DNA of 64,000 bases from a virus (lineage: Duplodnaviria; Heunggongvirae; Uroviricota; Caudoviricetes), in the IMG/VR virus record IMGVR_UViG_3300042906_000857, positions 67,297 through 131,296 of that record. One strand, written 5' to 3'. Positions 34,846 to 45,054 of the stretch are shown here, piece after piece (position 1 is the stretch's first letter; every line of letters begins with the position of its first letter). Position numbers and translations under genes: made by a program. Under the pieces are notes generated by a model. That model did not search any database and was not told the DNA's origin. It saw only the letters and a program-made list of their open reading frames with translations.

Positions 34846-35118
34846 TTAAGCAGTGAAGCTGTAACCAGTTTTAAGTGCAGCACGAACCATAGCTTTGGTT
34901 GGTGTACCCATACGATAAACGGAAACTTTAGTACCATCACCACGAGTTTTGGTGTTAGTATAGATAACGTTACCTTCTTGACGCAATTCATCAATACGTG
35001 CAGACACGTTGGTGATGCCGAAGCGAGCACGAGCTTGTGCCACAGAAAGAGTGTTGTAACCCTCAGACTTGGTCAAGTAGTTAAGGATTTTGGCTTTAGC
35101 GGATAGTTTTGTGTTCAT
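34846..35118 (-). CDS. Winged helix-turn-helix DNA-binding protein
   Basis: SVAQARARFGITNVSARIDELRQEG; GGAG SD before MNTKLS. Confidence 0.7.
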   Translation of the reverse strand: MNTKLSAKAKILNYLTKSEGYNTLSVAQARARFGITNVSARIDELRQEGNVIYTNTKTRGDGTKVSVYRMGTPTKAMVRAALKTGYSFTA

Positions 35119-35171
35119 ATGAACTCCTAATAATAAATTAAAACAATGTCTTGCAATCAGCAAGTACTCAC

Positions 35172-35200
35172 ATCATATCATTATATAGTGTGTGTGTCAA
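35172..35200 (-). promoter_or_regulatory. sigma70-type promoter for the HTH gene
   Basis: TTGACA-17-TATGAT. Confidence 0.7.
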
Positions 35201-35221
35201 GCATATTTACGGTATACTTGT

Positions 35222-36343
35222 TTATGTACCAAATTTAAAGACTTTGGTAACATTCACCCCAACAGGATTACCATTTTTATCAACGATAGTTTCCTCATTG
35301 GGATTTCCTCCTTTAGATGGATCCGGATTTAATAAGCACGGTAACCATCCTTTATTCTTAAATGGAATTTTTTCAATAATTTCTTCCACAGATTTTTTTA
35401 AACCAAATTGTTGCATAATGGTTTGAATCCATTCCGCCTCATCATATACAGCAGATTTAAATTCTTCTTCCCATTCTTTGCGTTGGTCGTATAATGCTGG
35501 TGCTTGTTTTGGCTTAGAAAGGAAAAAATGAAATTCAATATCTTGAAATCCATACTTCTTGATTAATTTTTTTGCACCGGCAAAAGATGTGATTGGATTG
35601 GAATAAGGAGGAATATAACCCAACTTATTTGTTTTTGCATGATTCGCATCACCTTTGTAAGGAATATTAAACTTCTTTGCAGCTTCAGATGTTGAATTTA
35701 AGCCTTCGCCACAATGATATGTTAATAAATTTGAATATTGTGATTTGTGGCCACGAATCAAATCGAAGATTGATTTTCTTTCTTTTTTGGATTTATCAGC
35801 AGCAACCACATCAATAAACCAAACAATCTCATCATCATCATTACTAATTTCTGATGCATTAATGGCTTTTAATGTTTGCATAACAATATCGTTTTTCGTA
35901 TGCTGAGTTTTTGGAGTTTTTTGTTGGTTGCCGACACCATTAAACAATGTCTTAGCTAACGGAGAATCAAATTTATATACATCATATATCATATGAGTAA
36001 CATCTAGTTCTCTTAAAGATTGGTCTCTTGTGTGTCCAATTAAACCATCATATAATTCTTTGTTTTTTGGGTTTTGAACTAAAATAGGAGGATATTCTGT
36101 ATGAATAAATCCATTCAATTGAAAAGTAATTTTCATTTCTGAAGCATTTCCTTGAACGATTTTAAGTATTCGACTTTGATCCTCAATATAATATGTCACA
36201 CGATCCAAACCAATAATTTTTCGCTCAACAAAATGACATTGTTTTTGTATTTCTTTTGGCAAATTTGGCAAAGCCAAAAAATATGGATTTTTGCTAGGTG
36301 GGCAAAGTTTTAATGATGATTCTATATCTAAATGCAATTTCAT
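35222..36343 (-). CDS. Hypothetical protein, possible ParB/Srx-like N-terminal domain
   Basis: PPILV...YDGLIGHTR resembles the ParB GxxR motif. Confidence 0.4.
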   Translation of the reverse strand: MKLHLDIESSLKLCPPSKNPYFLALPNLPKEIQKQCHFVERKIIGLDRVTYYIEDQSRILKIVQGNASEMKITFQLNGFIHTEYPPILVQNPKNKELYDGLIGHTRDQSLRELDVTHMIYDVYKFDSPLAKTLFNGVGNQQKTPKTQHTKNDIVMQTLKAINASEISNDDDEIVWFIDVVAADKSKKERKSIFDLIRGHKSQYSNLLTYHCGEGLNSTSEAAKKFNIPYKGDANHAKTNKLGYIPPYSNPITSFAGAKKLIKKYGFQDIEFHFFLSKPKQAPALYDQRKEWEEEFKSAVYDEAEWIQTIMQQFGLKKSVEEIIEKIPFKNKGWLPCLLNPDPSKGGNPNEETIVDKNGNPVGVNVTKVFKFGT

Positions 36344-36409
36344 TTAATTTTCCTTAATTCAGGTGTTGTAATATCACAGAGATATTACTGTTTGGTTTAA
36401 ATTATCAAA

Positions 36410-37681
36410 TTATCTGCCAACTTGTGGTAGATATTTTGCTTTAGTTTCCTCCCAGGACAAGTAAATCAAGTCATCATAGAACAAGGAGTCGTAGGAAACC
36501 GTGTTCTTCTTCTTCAACATTGATATACGACCTTTGGCATATTTGGTTTTCCAAATCTCCGTTAAGGTCTCCTCACTGGTATCAAATGATTTTACCAGTT
36601 CTTTGTCACCAATCTCTTTACGTAGATATTCGTTGGTGTTATCATAGAGGGGAGAAAAGTAGATGCCCCTCTGATGTTCTGTACGTATGAGCTCTTTGGG
36701 AATACCCAACTTACCATACGCAAAATTTAGTGTTCGATTTTTGTGGTCACGTTTAAGTGGAAGACCATTTGGTTTTTTGGATTCCCACCACTCGAAATAC
36801 TTCTCTGTGTAGTTTTCTTTTACCCAATCATATACCATTCTTAGAGTCTGTCTGGATGGTTCGAAAGCAACCGATCCAGATGAGAATCCCATTTTATTCC
36901 AATGCTCAAGACCATCATATTGAGACAAACCATTAGACTTGGTATTGCCATATAAAGAGGTTGTAGTGACGCCAGCAAGTGTATCTCCATATCGTACCTT
37001 CCAATCGTTTTGTACTGTGTCAGATAAACACAATAATGCCAATAATTTACCACCCATGTAATTATAACCAAGTGGTTGCAAAGGCACAATCGTAGAACCA
37101 ATTGCAGTATGGTTAATCATGTTGCCTGTAGTCTTTAAGTCTCGTGGCCAACCAATGGCTTTGTCTCGTGGAGTAAGGTCTAAGAAGTCGGATGAAATAC
37201 AAATGACACCAAGATACTTGTCCGTCTGTCCATCAATCACTGTGTAGAAAAGGTTACGGCCAATGTTGGAGTTGTTTTTCATTGTAGATGAAAATGTACG
37301 AACTGTGTTCCAAGTTTCGGCAAGGTCACCATTGGACAACTGCAAAATAGGACGTAGTTTCTGGTAATCATCAGGTGATTCTGGCATCCAAAACTTTGAT
37401 TTAACCTTTTCAATCAACTTGCTTTGGTTGATATCAATCAATTGAGTTTCATATCCTTCAAGTGTATTCAACTCACGAGTAGGATACTTCTCATGTACTT
37501 CACACCATTTCTGATACAATGTGTATTCACGCACATCCATCTTTGAAGCTTTGGACAAATCTGTAATGAGTCTTTGCTTTACTTCATCGGTGTCGATGTG
37601 AACGAAACGTTCAGGTTCATTTTCGATTTTCCATAAACGCCATTGTTCTTCAACGGAAGGAAATACTTTTTTTGTTGCCAT
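36410..37681 (-). CDS. DUF4338 / DruA-like protein (copy 2)
   Basis: GRNLFY, TIVPLQPLGYNYMGGKLLA, TTTSLYG. Confidence 0.7.
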   Translation of the reverse strand: MATKKVFPSVEEQWRLWKIENEPERFVHIDTDEVKQRLITDLSKASKMDVREYTLYQKWCEVHEKYPTRELNTLEGYETQLIDINQSKLIEKVKSKFWMPESPDDYQKLRPILQLSNGDLAETWNTVRTFSSTMKNNSNIGRNLFYTVIDGQTDKYLGVICISSDFLDLTPRDKAIGWPRDLKTTGNMINHTAIGSTIVPLQPLGYNYMGGKLLALLCLSDTVQNDWKVRYGDTLAGVTTTSLYGNTKSNGLSQYDGLEHWNKMGFSSGSVAFEPSRQTLRMVYDWVKENYTEKYFEWWESKKPNGLPLKRDHKNRTLNFAYGKLGIPKELIRTEHQRGIYFSPLYDNTNEYLRKEIGDKELVKSFDTSEETLTEIWKTKYAKGRISMLKKKNTVSYDSLFYDDLIYLSWEETKAKYLPQVGR

Positions 37682-38284
37682 TTATTTTGCGGATTTTTGT
37701 AACTGTTTCATTCGTGCAGGATTAAAAAATTTACGTCTAATCTTTTCCAATTTCTTTAAACCAAATTGCAATGCAAGTGGTTTTACACGTTGAGTATACA
37801 TTATTCCGTTCATGTGGTCAAGCTCGTGGAGAAAACATCTTGCAGTCATACCATCGAAAGTTTTGGTATGTTTTGTTCCTGTATAATCTTGGTATTCTAT
37901 CACAACACTTCTTGGTCGTGTCATCTTCAGCATCAATAGGGGGAAAGAAAGGCAACCTTCTTCCATGTGTGCTTCACCTTCACTGGATATAAGTTTTGGA
38001 TTGAAGTATGCCACATATTCTTCATCTACACCCATAACAAATACACGGTGTGTAAATCCACATTGATTGGCAGAAAGACCAAGGCCATTGTGTTGCTTAC
38101 AAGTTTCTACCAATGAGGAAGCAAACCCATTAGGATCAACTGGTGGTTTTTCAAAATCAAAATCAGGTAATACTTGATGTAGTACCGGTGAATTTAATTC
38201 AACCAAGTCAAAGGTTTTTAATTTTGGTTGTTCTTTTACCGATACATCGGTTACTTCTGTATTAAATGTAATCACTTCACTCAT
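37682..38284 (-). CDS. def: Peptide deformylase
   Basis: GLGLSANQCG, EGCLS, HELDHMNG. Confidence 0.95.
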   Translation of the reverse strand: MSEVITFNTEVTDVSVKEQPKLKTFDLVELNSPVLHQVLPDFDFEKPPVDPNGFASSLVETCKQHNGLGLSANQCGFTHRVFVMGVDEEYVAYFNPKLISSEGEAHMEEGCLSFPLLMLKMTRPRSVVIEYQDYTGTKHTKTFDGMTARCFLHELDHMNGIMYTQRVKPLALQFGLKKLEKIRRKFFNPARMKQLQKSAK

Positions 38285-39999
38285 TTTGCAATCCTTGAGA
38301 AATTGTTTTTCTTTTCAAATTTAATGACCGAACGGAACTTATCGAACAGTTGGTCGCCTTTATGTGAGATAACAAACACATTGGTGTCTGTACCCATTTC
38401 ATGTATCAATTTTAAGAATTCTTCTGTACCAACCGTATCAAGGCTAGAATCAAATACTTCATCTAATATCAACAAGTTTGTATTGGTAGAATTCTTCAAC
38501 TTGGCAATTTGTCGCCATGTAAAGAGTAATGCCAAGTCAATACGCATCTTCTCACCTTCGGAGAAATTGGCATAAGAGAATTCATCACGGTGTCTACTCT
38601 TAATTGTTTCTTCAAAGTTTTCATTGATGTTAAAGTTGACAAAGAAGTCCATTGCAGTCAGGTACTTGTTAATCAACTTATTCATAATTGGCAAATACTG
38701 TTTGATAATTTTGGTTTTAATGCCAGTATCTTTCAACAATGCGGCCGCATAATCATAATATTGTTTTGCTTCTGAACCCTCTTGTTGTGCCTCAGTGTGC
38801 ATAATCAAGTCGGTACGTAAATCTCTCAATTTAATATTATCTACTTCCACATCATCATACTTAACAGACAGTTCGGTTATTTCCTTTTGTGTCTTGACAA
38901 TGTAGTTAGAGATTGCTGCCATAGTGGCATTGTGTTTTGTAATCTCATTGGAATGATCGTTGATGTGTTTGATAACGACAGAAACGTTTTGCATTTCATC
39001 GGTAACTTTCTTCAACTCCGTGGAGATTTCTTCCAATCCAGATTGCTGAGTGGCAACCTTAGTCTTACGTTCTTCAACCTGTAATGACTTAAAGTTGGAC
39101 TCAATAGATTGTTTGCAAGTAGGACAAGAATCATTATGTTCATAGAACTCAATGTCTTTTACATTCTTCTTAATGTTACTTTCAACCTTACCTTGTAGTG
39201 TAAAAAGAGATTTGGATTTCTTTTCCAGTTTCTCTTTCTTATCACCCACTTTAGAAGTAAGTACAACAATATGCTTGTTGATAAGCTCGACCTGTTTGAG
39301 TATGTTCTTTAACTGTTTCTTTGAAACGTCAACATCTTCTTTCTTTTTGGTAATCTCATCATCGTTATGTTTTTTGTGTTCTTCGATGTTGGTCAATTGC
39401 ATCGCAATCTTTTCCTCAATCAACTCAATTGCATAACGACCTTTGGTCATGTTTTCTTTGAGTGAACTCATCTTGTCTTTTAAGACAACGTTCATGGAAG
39501 AAAAAATCTGAATGTCGAGCAAGTCCTCGATGATTGTTCTTCTATCTGATGATGAAAGTTGCATGAACGGAACAAAGGATGCTGAACCAAGAATTACGAC
39601 TTGCGTAAAGGACTTATAGTTTAATTTGAGAATGTTCTTCTCTAATATTTCTTGATAGTCTTTTGCAGCTGCATCTTGGTTCAGCAAAACCGAATTGCAG
39701 TAAATCTCAAACACATTAGGTTTGATACCACGTACAATCTTGTATTTTTTCTGACCAATATCAAATTCAACCTCAACAAGCGCATCACGGCCATTAATCG
39801 AATTTAATAATTGTGGTTTGTTTATTTTACGAAATGGTTTACCAAATAAACCAAAACACAAGGCATCTAGAATGGTAGATTTACCTGCGCCGTTGTGGCC
39901 AATAATGAGTGTGTTAGTTGACCTAGTAAAGTCAACTTCGGTAAACGAGGCACCTGTACTTAAAAAGTTGCGCCAACGTATCTTCTGGAATAAAATCAT
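38281..39999 (-). CDS. gp46: SbcC/Rad50-like recombination ATPase
   Basis: GHNGAGKS, CPTC hook, FSEGE, LDEVFD. Confidence 0.97.
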   Translation of the reverse strand: MILFQKIRWRNFLSTGASFTEVDFTRSTNTLIIGHNGAGKSTILDALCFGLFGKPFRKINKPQLLNSINGRDALVEVEFDIGQKKYKIVRGIKPNVFEIYCNSVLLNQDAAAKDYQEILEKNILKLNYKSFTQVVILGSASFVPFMQLSSSDRRTIIEDLLDIQIFSSMNVVLKDKMSSLKENMTKGRYAIELIEEKIAMQLTNIEEHKKHNDDEITKKKEDVDVSKKQLKNILKQVELINKHIVVLTSKVGDKKEKLEKKSKSLFTLQGKVESNIKKNVKDIEFYEHNDSCPTCKQSIESNFKSLQVEERKTKVATQQSGLEEISTELKKVTDEMQNVSVVIKHINDHSNEITKHNATMAAISNYIVKTQKEITELSVKYDDVEVDNIKLRDLRTDLIMHTEAQQEGSEAKQYYDYAAALLKDTGIKTKIIKQYLPIMNKLINKYLTAMDFFVNFNINENFEETIKSRHRDEFSYANFSEGEKMRIDLALLFTWRQIAKLKNSTNTNLLILDEVFDSSLDTVGTEEFLKLIHEMGTDTNVFVISHKGDQLFDKFRSVIKFEKKNNFSRIAK

Positions 40000-41066
40000 G
40001 CTTGTTCGATGTTCAATGCTTCAACATAAAGTTCTTTTAACAATTTTTTTAACTCACCATTATCTATGGAATCTTCATTAATAGAATCAACATATTTGTT
40101 TAGAATGGTCAAGGTATCTTCCGCTTGGTCAACCATGTCATCATCAACACCTTCCAAAATGTCGGTGAAATCTTCTGCAATAGTAATGTCAATTGGATTA
40201 ACATTATACAGGCTATTCATGAATTTGTCAAACAAATACGGATTGGTTTTGTTCATTACAACCACTTTGACATAGGTACCAGTGTATGGTTTGAAATCTA
40301 TATCTGTAATTTCTTTGATGCTTTTATCTTTATCATCATATACAATTTTGTGGAACATCACATTAGGATTTCTTACAAAATCCAATTTCTTATCATCTAG
40401 ATCAAAGAGATGGAAACCACGAGGATCATTGTAGTCTTGCCAAGTAAGTTCGTATGGATTTCCAAGATAGTAGATATCATTGGCTGAAGATTTATGGTGA
40501 TAGTGACCACTGAAAGTGTATTCAAATTTATTGAATATGCCACGGTTAAGACCTTCTTCTGACGGCATGCCACGATACATGGCAAATCCTGCAATCTCAA
40601 AATGTCCCATGCAAACAGATGCTTTGGTATTCTCCAACATCTTCATAGATTCATCCACATTTTCAGGACATATCCAAGGCATCATACAAATCAATTCTTC
40701 ACCAACGCAGATTTCTTTTGGTGAATCGATTACATGTATGTTATCATATTCTTTAAGTAAAAGGTCAACCGAATTTACATCATTGGTGTTCTTGAAGTAT
40801 GTGTCGTGGTTGCCAGCCAGCATATGAATTTTGATATTCTTTTCACGCAAAGGATCAAAGAACATTTCTTTGGTACGTTTCAATGAATAAAAGTTTACAT
40901 ACTTCCTACGGTCAAAGGTATCACCGAGTATTAATACGGTATCAATCTTCTCCTGTTCTAAAATAGGAAAGAATGTTTCTTTATAAAACTTTTCATAAAA
41001 ATCCAGGAAATGAATCGAATCATTCCTTGCGCCAAAATGTTGGTCGGTGATTATCGCAATTTTCAT
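39996..41066 (-). CDS. gp47: SbcD/Mre11-like nuclease
   Basis: TDQHFG, GDTFD, GNHD, SGHYH. Confidence 0.97.
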   Translation of the reverse strand: MKIAIITDQHFGARNDSIHFLDFYEKFYKETFFPILEQEKIDTVLILGDTFDRRKYVNFYSLKRTKEMFFDPLREKNIKIHMLAGNHDTYFKNTNDVNSVDLLLKEYDNIHVIDSPKEICVGEELICMMPWICPENVDESMKMLENTKASVCMGHFEIAGFAMYRGMPSEEGLNRGIFNKFEYTFSGHYHHKSSANDIYYLGNPYELTWQDYNDPRGFHLFDLDDKKLDFVRNPNVMFHKIVYDDKDKSIKEITDIDFKPYTGTYVKVVVMNKTNPYLFDKFMNSLYNVNPIDITIAEDFTDILEGVDDDMVDQAEDTLTILNKYVDSINEDSIDNGELKKLLKELYVEALNIEQA

Positions 41067-41083
41067 TTATAACAAATATTAAT

Positions 41084-41482
41084 CTATCTTAATTCTAATA
41101 CACGTTGTCGTAACTCAGTGGTACTAAAACTATGCTGCCTACTATTGAAATATACCGAAATTGGTAAATTAAAACCGGTAAATTGTTTGTCCCGGTATTC
41201 TTCTCCGATGATTCTAACATCAATTGGGTAAGAAGTCAATAGGTCCATCAACTCTTTTTCTGTGGAATATGGTACAATTTCATCAACGTGCTTGCAGGCC
41301 TGTAATTGTATGAATCTTTCCAGAAGGGTTTGTACCGGTTTATTCTTCTCCGGTCGGTCAATGGTAGGATCCGATTGTAATCCTACGATGAGGTAATCAC
41401 ATTGACTCTTTGCTTCCTGTAACATCATTACGTGTCCTGCGTGGAACAAATCAAAACAAGAACAGGTAAATCCCACTCTCAT
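41084..41482 (-). CDS. Glycerol-3-phosphate cytidylyltransferase (TagD-like)
   Basis: FDLFHAGH, RQHSFSTT; start at MRVGF. Confidence 0.85.
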   Translation of the reverse strand: MRVGFTCSCFDLFHAGHVMMLQEAKSQCDYLIVGLQSDPTIDRPEKNKPVQTLLERFIQLQACKHVDEIVPYSTEKELMDLLTSYPIDVRIIGEEYRDKQFTGFNLPISVYFNSRQHSFSTTELRQRVLELR

Positions 41483-41512
41483 ATCACCACCTAATTTATT
41501 CTTTCTCATAAT

Positions 41513-42055
41513 TTACTCCATGAATTTTTCTATACCTTTGGGTTTCTTGGCTGCATCCTTTTCCGCTTTCTTGGCATTTCTGGCACTCTCATATGTTCCA
41601 ATGAATTCGGCAATATTGTCGTACAGTTCGAATTGTTTTGAAGAACCATCTTCTGACTCCAACATCTCAAACTCATCCAGTACACCATACATCTCTGTGG
41701 CCTTATACTTGACGTACAGTTGTTTCTTTTCCTTTTGGATTCTACGTAAGAACGCATAGTAGATTACCTGTGTAAAGTATGCAAATGGATTCTTAGATTT
41801 GGTAGGATCAAAGTTCTCAAAGTACATGAGACAGTTCTCAATGCCATCGGATACCATTTCATCTCTATAGGTGTAGTTGATAAAGTTTGGTTTGTGGGAA
41901 AGACCTTCACCAATCTTCATAAAGCACTCACCAATGTAGTTTGGTATGTTGGGTTTAGTTTTGTTTTCCAATTTTGCCGCAGCGCATTGTTCCTTGTAAT
42001 CTACCAAGGCCTTTAGGAAATCTTCGTTGTTAATGTAATGTTTAATTTTGCTCAT
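41513..42055 (-). CDS. gp55: Late-transcription sigma factor
   Basis: HYINN, YTYRDEMVSDGIENCL, NPFAYFTQ. Confidence 0.97.
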   Translation of the reverse strand: MSKIKHYINNEDFLKALVDYKEQCAAAKLENKTKPNIPNYIGECFMKIGEGLSHKPNFINYTYRDEMVSDGIENCLMYFENFDPTKSKNPFAYFTQVIYYAFLRRIQKEKKQLYVKYKATEMYGVLDEFEMLESEDGSSKQFELYDNIAEFIGTYESARNAKKAEKDAAKKPKGIEKFME

Positions 42056-42077
42056 TCAAGTATACCATAGAAAGTTG

Positions 42078-42106
42078 TTGACAAGGGGCTTGACATGTGA
42101 TATAGT
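42078..42106 (+). promoter_or_regulatory. Antisense sigma70-type promoter
   Basis: TTGACA-17-TATAGT with extended -10 TG. Confidence 0.55.
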
Positions 42107-42127
42107 TCACGGTGTCCCCCAATGATG

Positions 42128-42487
42128 TTAATGTAATAAGGATTTAGTTAAGTCCTTCTCCTCAAAAGCTAGTAACACCTCATCTGTTAAAGCTACCTCT
42201 TTATCTTTAAGATTTTCTTCCTTCATTCTGCGGAGAGATTCCACATAATATTCCGCAAAATCATCGTTTGGATCCATTGTGCAGAGTATATCTTCCTTGT
42301 TCACGTAAACAAAATTATCTTTCATTACCGCAACAGGCAACCAATACTGTAACATGAGGTTTACACCTCGGATTTCGAACAACATTGGATCTACAATTTT
42401 ATATTGGTCATTTGTTGGTGATGATACAGAAGTGCAATCGCAGATTACATCCAAACCATCTTTGAATCTTACAATTTTAATTTCCAT
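42128..42487 (-). CDS. Sm-like-fold hypothetical protein
   Basis: IKIVRFKDGLDVIC beta pattern; usual position between uvsW and gp55. Confidence 0.55.
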   Translation of the reverse strand: MEIKIVRFKDGLDVICDCTSVSSPTNDQYKIVDPMLFEIRGVNLMLQYWLPVAVMKDNFVYVNKEDILCTMDPNDDFAEYYVESLRRMKEENLKDKEVALTDEVLLAFEEKDLTKSLLH

Positions 42488-43973
42488 TTTTTAATCCTAT
42501 GTTGTAGATTTTAAAGGGGAACTTCTCCTCATTATATATCTTTACTCTTTCCACAAAATGTTGCAACGTAAAGTTCATATGTTTTTTGTGTCTGAGGTCA
42601 TCTGCGATATCATAGAGTGTCGCCATTTTCTTTCCTGCCGATTGTCGTAAACCTCGTCCAATAGATTGAAGATTGCGAACTCGTGATTTGGAAGGAGATG
42701 CGAATATGATATTATGCAAATTACGAATATTAATTCCAGTACTAAAGGTACCAAAACTAGCCACAACAATAGCGTCATTTTCTGTCTCCATAATTTTACG
42801 AATAGCTTCACGATCATCCGTATCTACTTTACCGTGAACAAAGAACACTTTACGTCCATTTGCTTTCTCTTTGATGATTTCAAACAGAATCTTTCCATGT
42901 TTTTCCACCATCTGAAATAATACCAATGTATTGGTGTTTAAACTAATTGCAAGATTTCGAATGAATCTATTACGATTCTCATTCAGAATCAAGTATTCTA
43001 TTTCTTCTTGGTACGTGCAACCTTTCATGCTCTCTGCAATCTCAGGTGAATGTTTCAATACCAAACATTTAATCTCAAAAGGAGATAACTGATTAGTGTC
43101 AATCAGTTCTTTTGTAGTTGTGACCTTCTCTACTGCACCGAATAGACCTTCCAAAACCAACTTGTGAGTCTTTGTTCCATCCAAAGTACCAGTAAGTCCA
43201 ACTCTGTACTTAGTGTTTGTTGCTGAAGTTAGAATCGTAGTAAGAGATTGTGCTTTGAAAAGGTGAGCCTCATCACCAATGATGTATTCAAAATCTTGAA
43301 AATATTCTTTAGGTAACTGGTAAAGTGATTGCCAAGTTGAGATTATTAACTTCTTGTCCGATACTTTATCTTTACCTTGATAGATTCTGTGTACGTTTTC
43401 CTCCACATCGAAACCATTGTGTGAAGAATAGTCTTGAAAATCGGAGTATAACTGTTCAACCAATGAGGTTGTCGGTACGATAATCAAGCCTTTAAGGTTC
43501 TGATACTGCAACAACTGTCTGAATATCAGATATATGATTAGGGACTTACCAGAAGCGGTAGGAGACAACAATAACGCTCTACGCCTTTGCATTGTATGTA
43601 TGAACGCATTACGTTGGTGGTCACGTACTTTAATTGCGTTACCTTGAGAATGTAGATTCAAAGTATCAAAGAACTTCTCCGCATGGTAAACTGAGTACTC
43701 ATCTTCCAGTTCTTCTAAGTCATACGTATATCCACGTTCAACGCAGAACTCCTTCAGATACGGAATCAATCCAAGATATATTTGACTAGTCTGTAAATTG
43801 AATAGTCTTATCTTTCCATCCCACAATCTATTACGGAAGGCTGGAACAAATTGATAACCAGGTACAAAGAACGTAAAGTACTCTGAGATTTCCATAGTGA
43901 TGTGTCTCTCGCCAACTATCTTGGCATAGACCTCATCTTTTTTTGTTATGGTTAAATCTTTATTGTCCTGCAA
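42477..43973 (-). CDS. uvsW: SF2 RNA-DNA/DNA helicase
   Basis: SPTASGKS, GDEAH, QSIGRGLR; probable TTG start near 43973. Confidence 0.95.
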   Translation of the reverse strand: MQDNKDLTITKKDEVYAKIVGERHITMEISEYFTFFVPGYQFVPAFRNRLWDGKIRLFNLQTSQIYLGLIPYLKEFCVERGYTYDLEELEDEYSVYHAEKFFDTLNLHSQGNAIKVRDHQRNAFIHTMQRRRALLLSPTASGKSLIIYLIFRQLLQYQNLKGLIIVPTTSLVEQLYSDFQDYSSHNGFDVEENVHRIYQGKDKVSDKKLIISTWQSLYQLPKEYFQDFEYIIGDEAHLFKAQSLTTILTSATNTKYRVGLTGTLDGTKTHKLVLEGLFGAVEKVTTTKELIDTNQLSPFEIKCLVLKHSPEIAESMKGCTYQEEIEYLILNENRNRFIRNLAISLNTNTLVLFQMVEKHGKILFEIIKEKANGRKVFFVHGKVDTDDREAIRKIMETENDAIVVASFGTFSTGINIRNLHNIIFASPSKSRVRNLQSIGRGLRQSAGKKMATLYDIADDLRHKKHMNFTLQHFVERVKIYNEEKFPFKIYNIGLKNGN

Positions 43974-44394
43974 CGAATTTCTCCCATGATATAAAGTCAC
44001 GCAATTGCCATGTGCGTTGTTTCAATTCATTCATAATAGATTCAATTACAGATACGACTTCCTCATGGTATACTTTTTTCTCAAGTAACTTGATGAGGTC
44101 TTTGTCTGCTTCGAGATATGTGGTTATGTCAGACTTGAGTGCAAACTGAAATGGTTCCCAACCATATTCAGATAGTTCTTCCTGAGACATTTTACCAGTG
44201 AAGTACTCCCATTTGACCTTACGCATACGCAAGTAATCAAAGTGAGCCTTCTTAGAGGCAATACGGTGTTTAGTAAGTATACTTACGTATTTACTATGAT
44301 ACTTGGGAATCTTTAAGAGCTCTTTGCTAGGCTCTGTACGATCTATGTCCGCATCTGATTCCCACATTTTTAATATCTGTTCAAGTGTTTCCAT
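43960..44394 (-). CDS. uvsY: Recombination mediator
   Basis: KIPKYHSKY, EYFTGK, YLEAD; synteny. Confidence 0.9.
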   Translation of the reverse strand: METLEQILKMWESDADIDRTEPSKELLKIPKYHSKYVSILTKHRIASKKAHFDYLRMRKVKWEYFTGKMSQEELSEYGWEPFQFALKSDITTYLEADKDLIKLLEKKVYHEEVVSVIESIMNELKQRTWQLRDFISWEKFVAGQ

Positions 44395-44428
44395 TTATGT
44401 TTAATAATATAGTCAAATTAATATGTCC

Positions 44429-44457
44429 ATTATATCATAAAAATATTATGCTGTCAA
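44429..44457 (-). promoter_or_regulatory. sigma70-type promoter for uvsY-uvsW
   Basis: TTGACA-17-TATAAT. Confidence 0.75.
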
Positions 44458-44958
44458 GTATTTGTATGATTGATACCTAAATGTGGCTCTTGCGGTGATA
44501 AGGTTGTCCGCAGATTGGGTAGTGTCAAACTGAATATCTCCGATGGTCAAAGGAAATACATTTAGATATTGTATTCTTATAATAGGATTATTCAGTCCAC
44601 TTAATATGGTCAGTGTGGCGTCAGAAAAGTGTTTGATAGATTGCAACTCTCTACTACCGTCTCTGGATTCAAATCCATCTGGATCAGCCATAGACAAGAA
44701 CCAATTATATAAGTTCTTCCATGATTGCAATTCTTCATCAATTAGAAATTCTATTTCCAGTGGAGAATAGGTTAACTTGGTACCTGGAGAATACATGTCC
44801 AAAAATGGCGTAGCCCTATTAACTTCACCTAGAGAAACTCCAGGTAAATTAACCGATTGACAAAAATATTGTACAGTTTGAATTCTATTAAACGTCAACA
44901 AGAATTTTGTTGGTTGTAGTAAATTAGTATTCTGAGGACTTCTAGTAATTGCAGTCAT
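44446..44958 (-). CDS. gp3: Tail completion / tube terminator protein
   Basis: NLLQPTKF, FCQSVNLPG, FLIDEEL; position after gp23. Confidence 0.8.
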   Translation of the reverse strand: MTAITRSPQNTNLLQPTKFLLTFNRIQTVQYFCQSVNLPGVSLGEVNRATPFLDMYSPGTKLTYSPLEIEFLIDEELQSWKNLYNWFLSMADPDGFESRDGSRELQSIKHFSDATLTILSGLNNPIIRIQYLNVFPLTIGDIQFDTTQSADNLITARATFRYQSYKYLTA

Positions 44959-44987
44959 TTTATCTCCTATATTACTATTTATGAGCC

Positions 44988-45017
44988 AAAAAAAAGGACC
45001 ACCGAAGTGGTCCTTTT
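44988..45017 (-). terminator. Intrinsic terminator after gp23
   Basis: AAAAGGACCAC-TTCG-GTGGTCC-T8. Confidence 0.9.
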
Positions 45018-45054
45018 AAAACTGTCACTCTTAACGGTGACTTTTTTTCAACGA

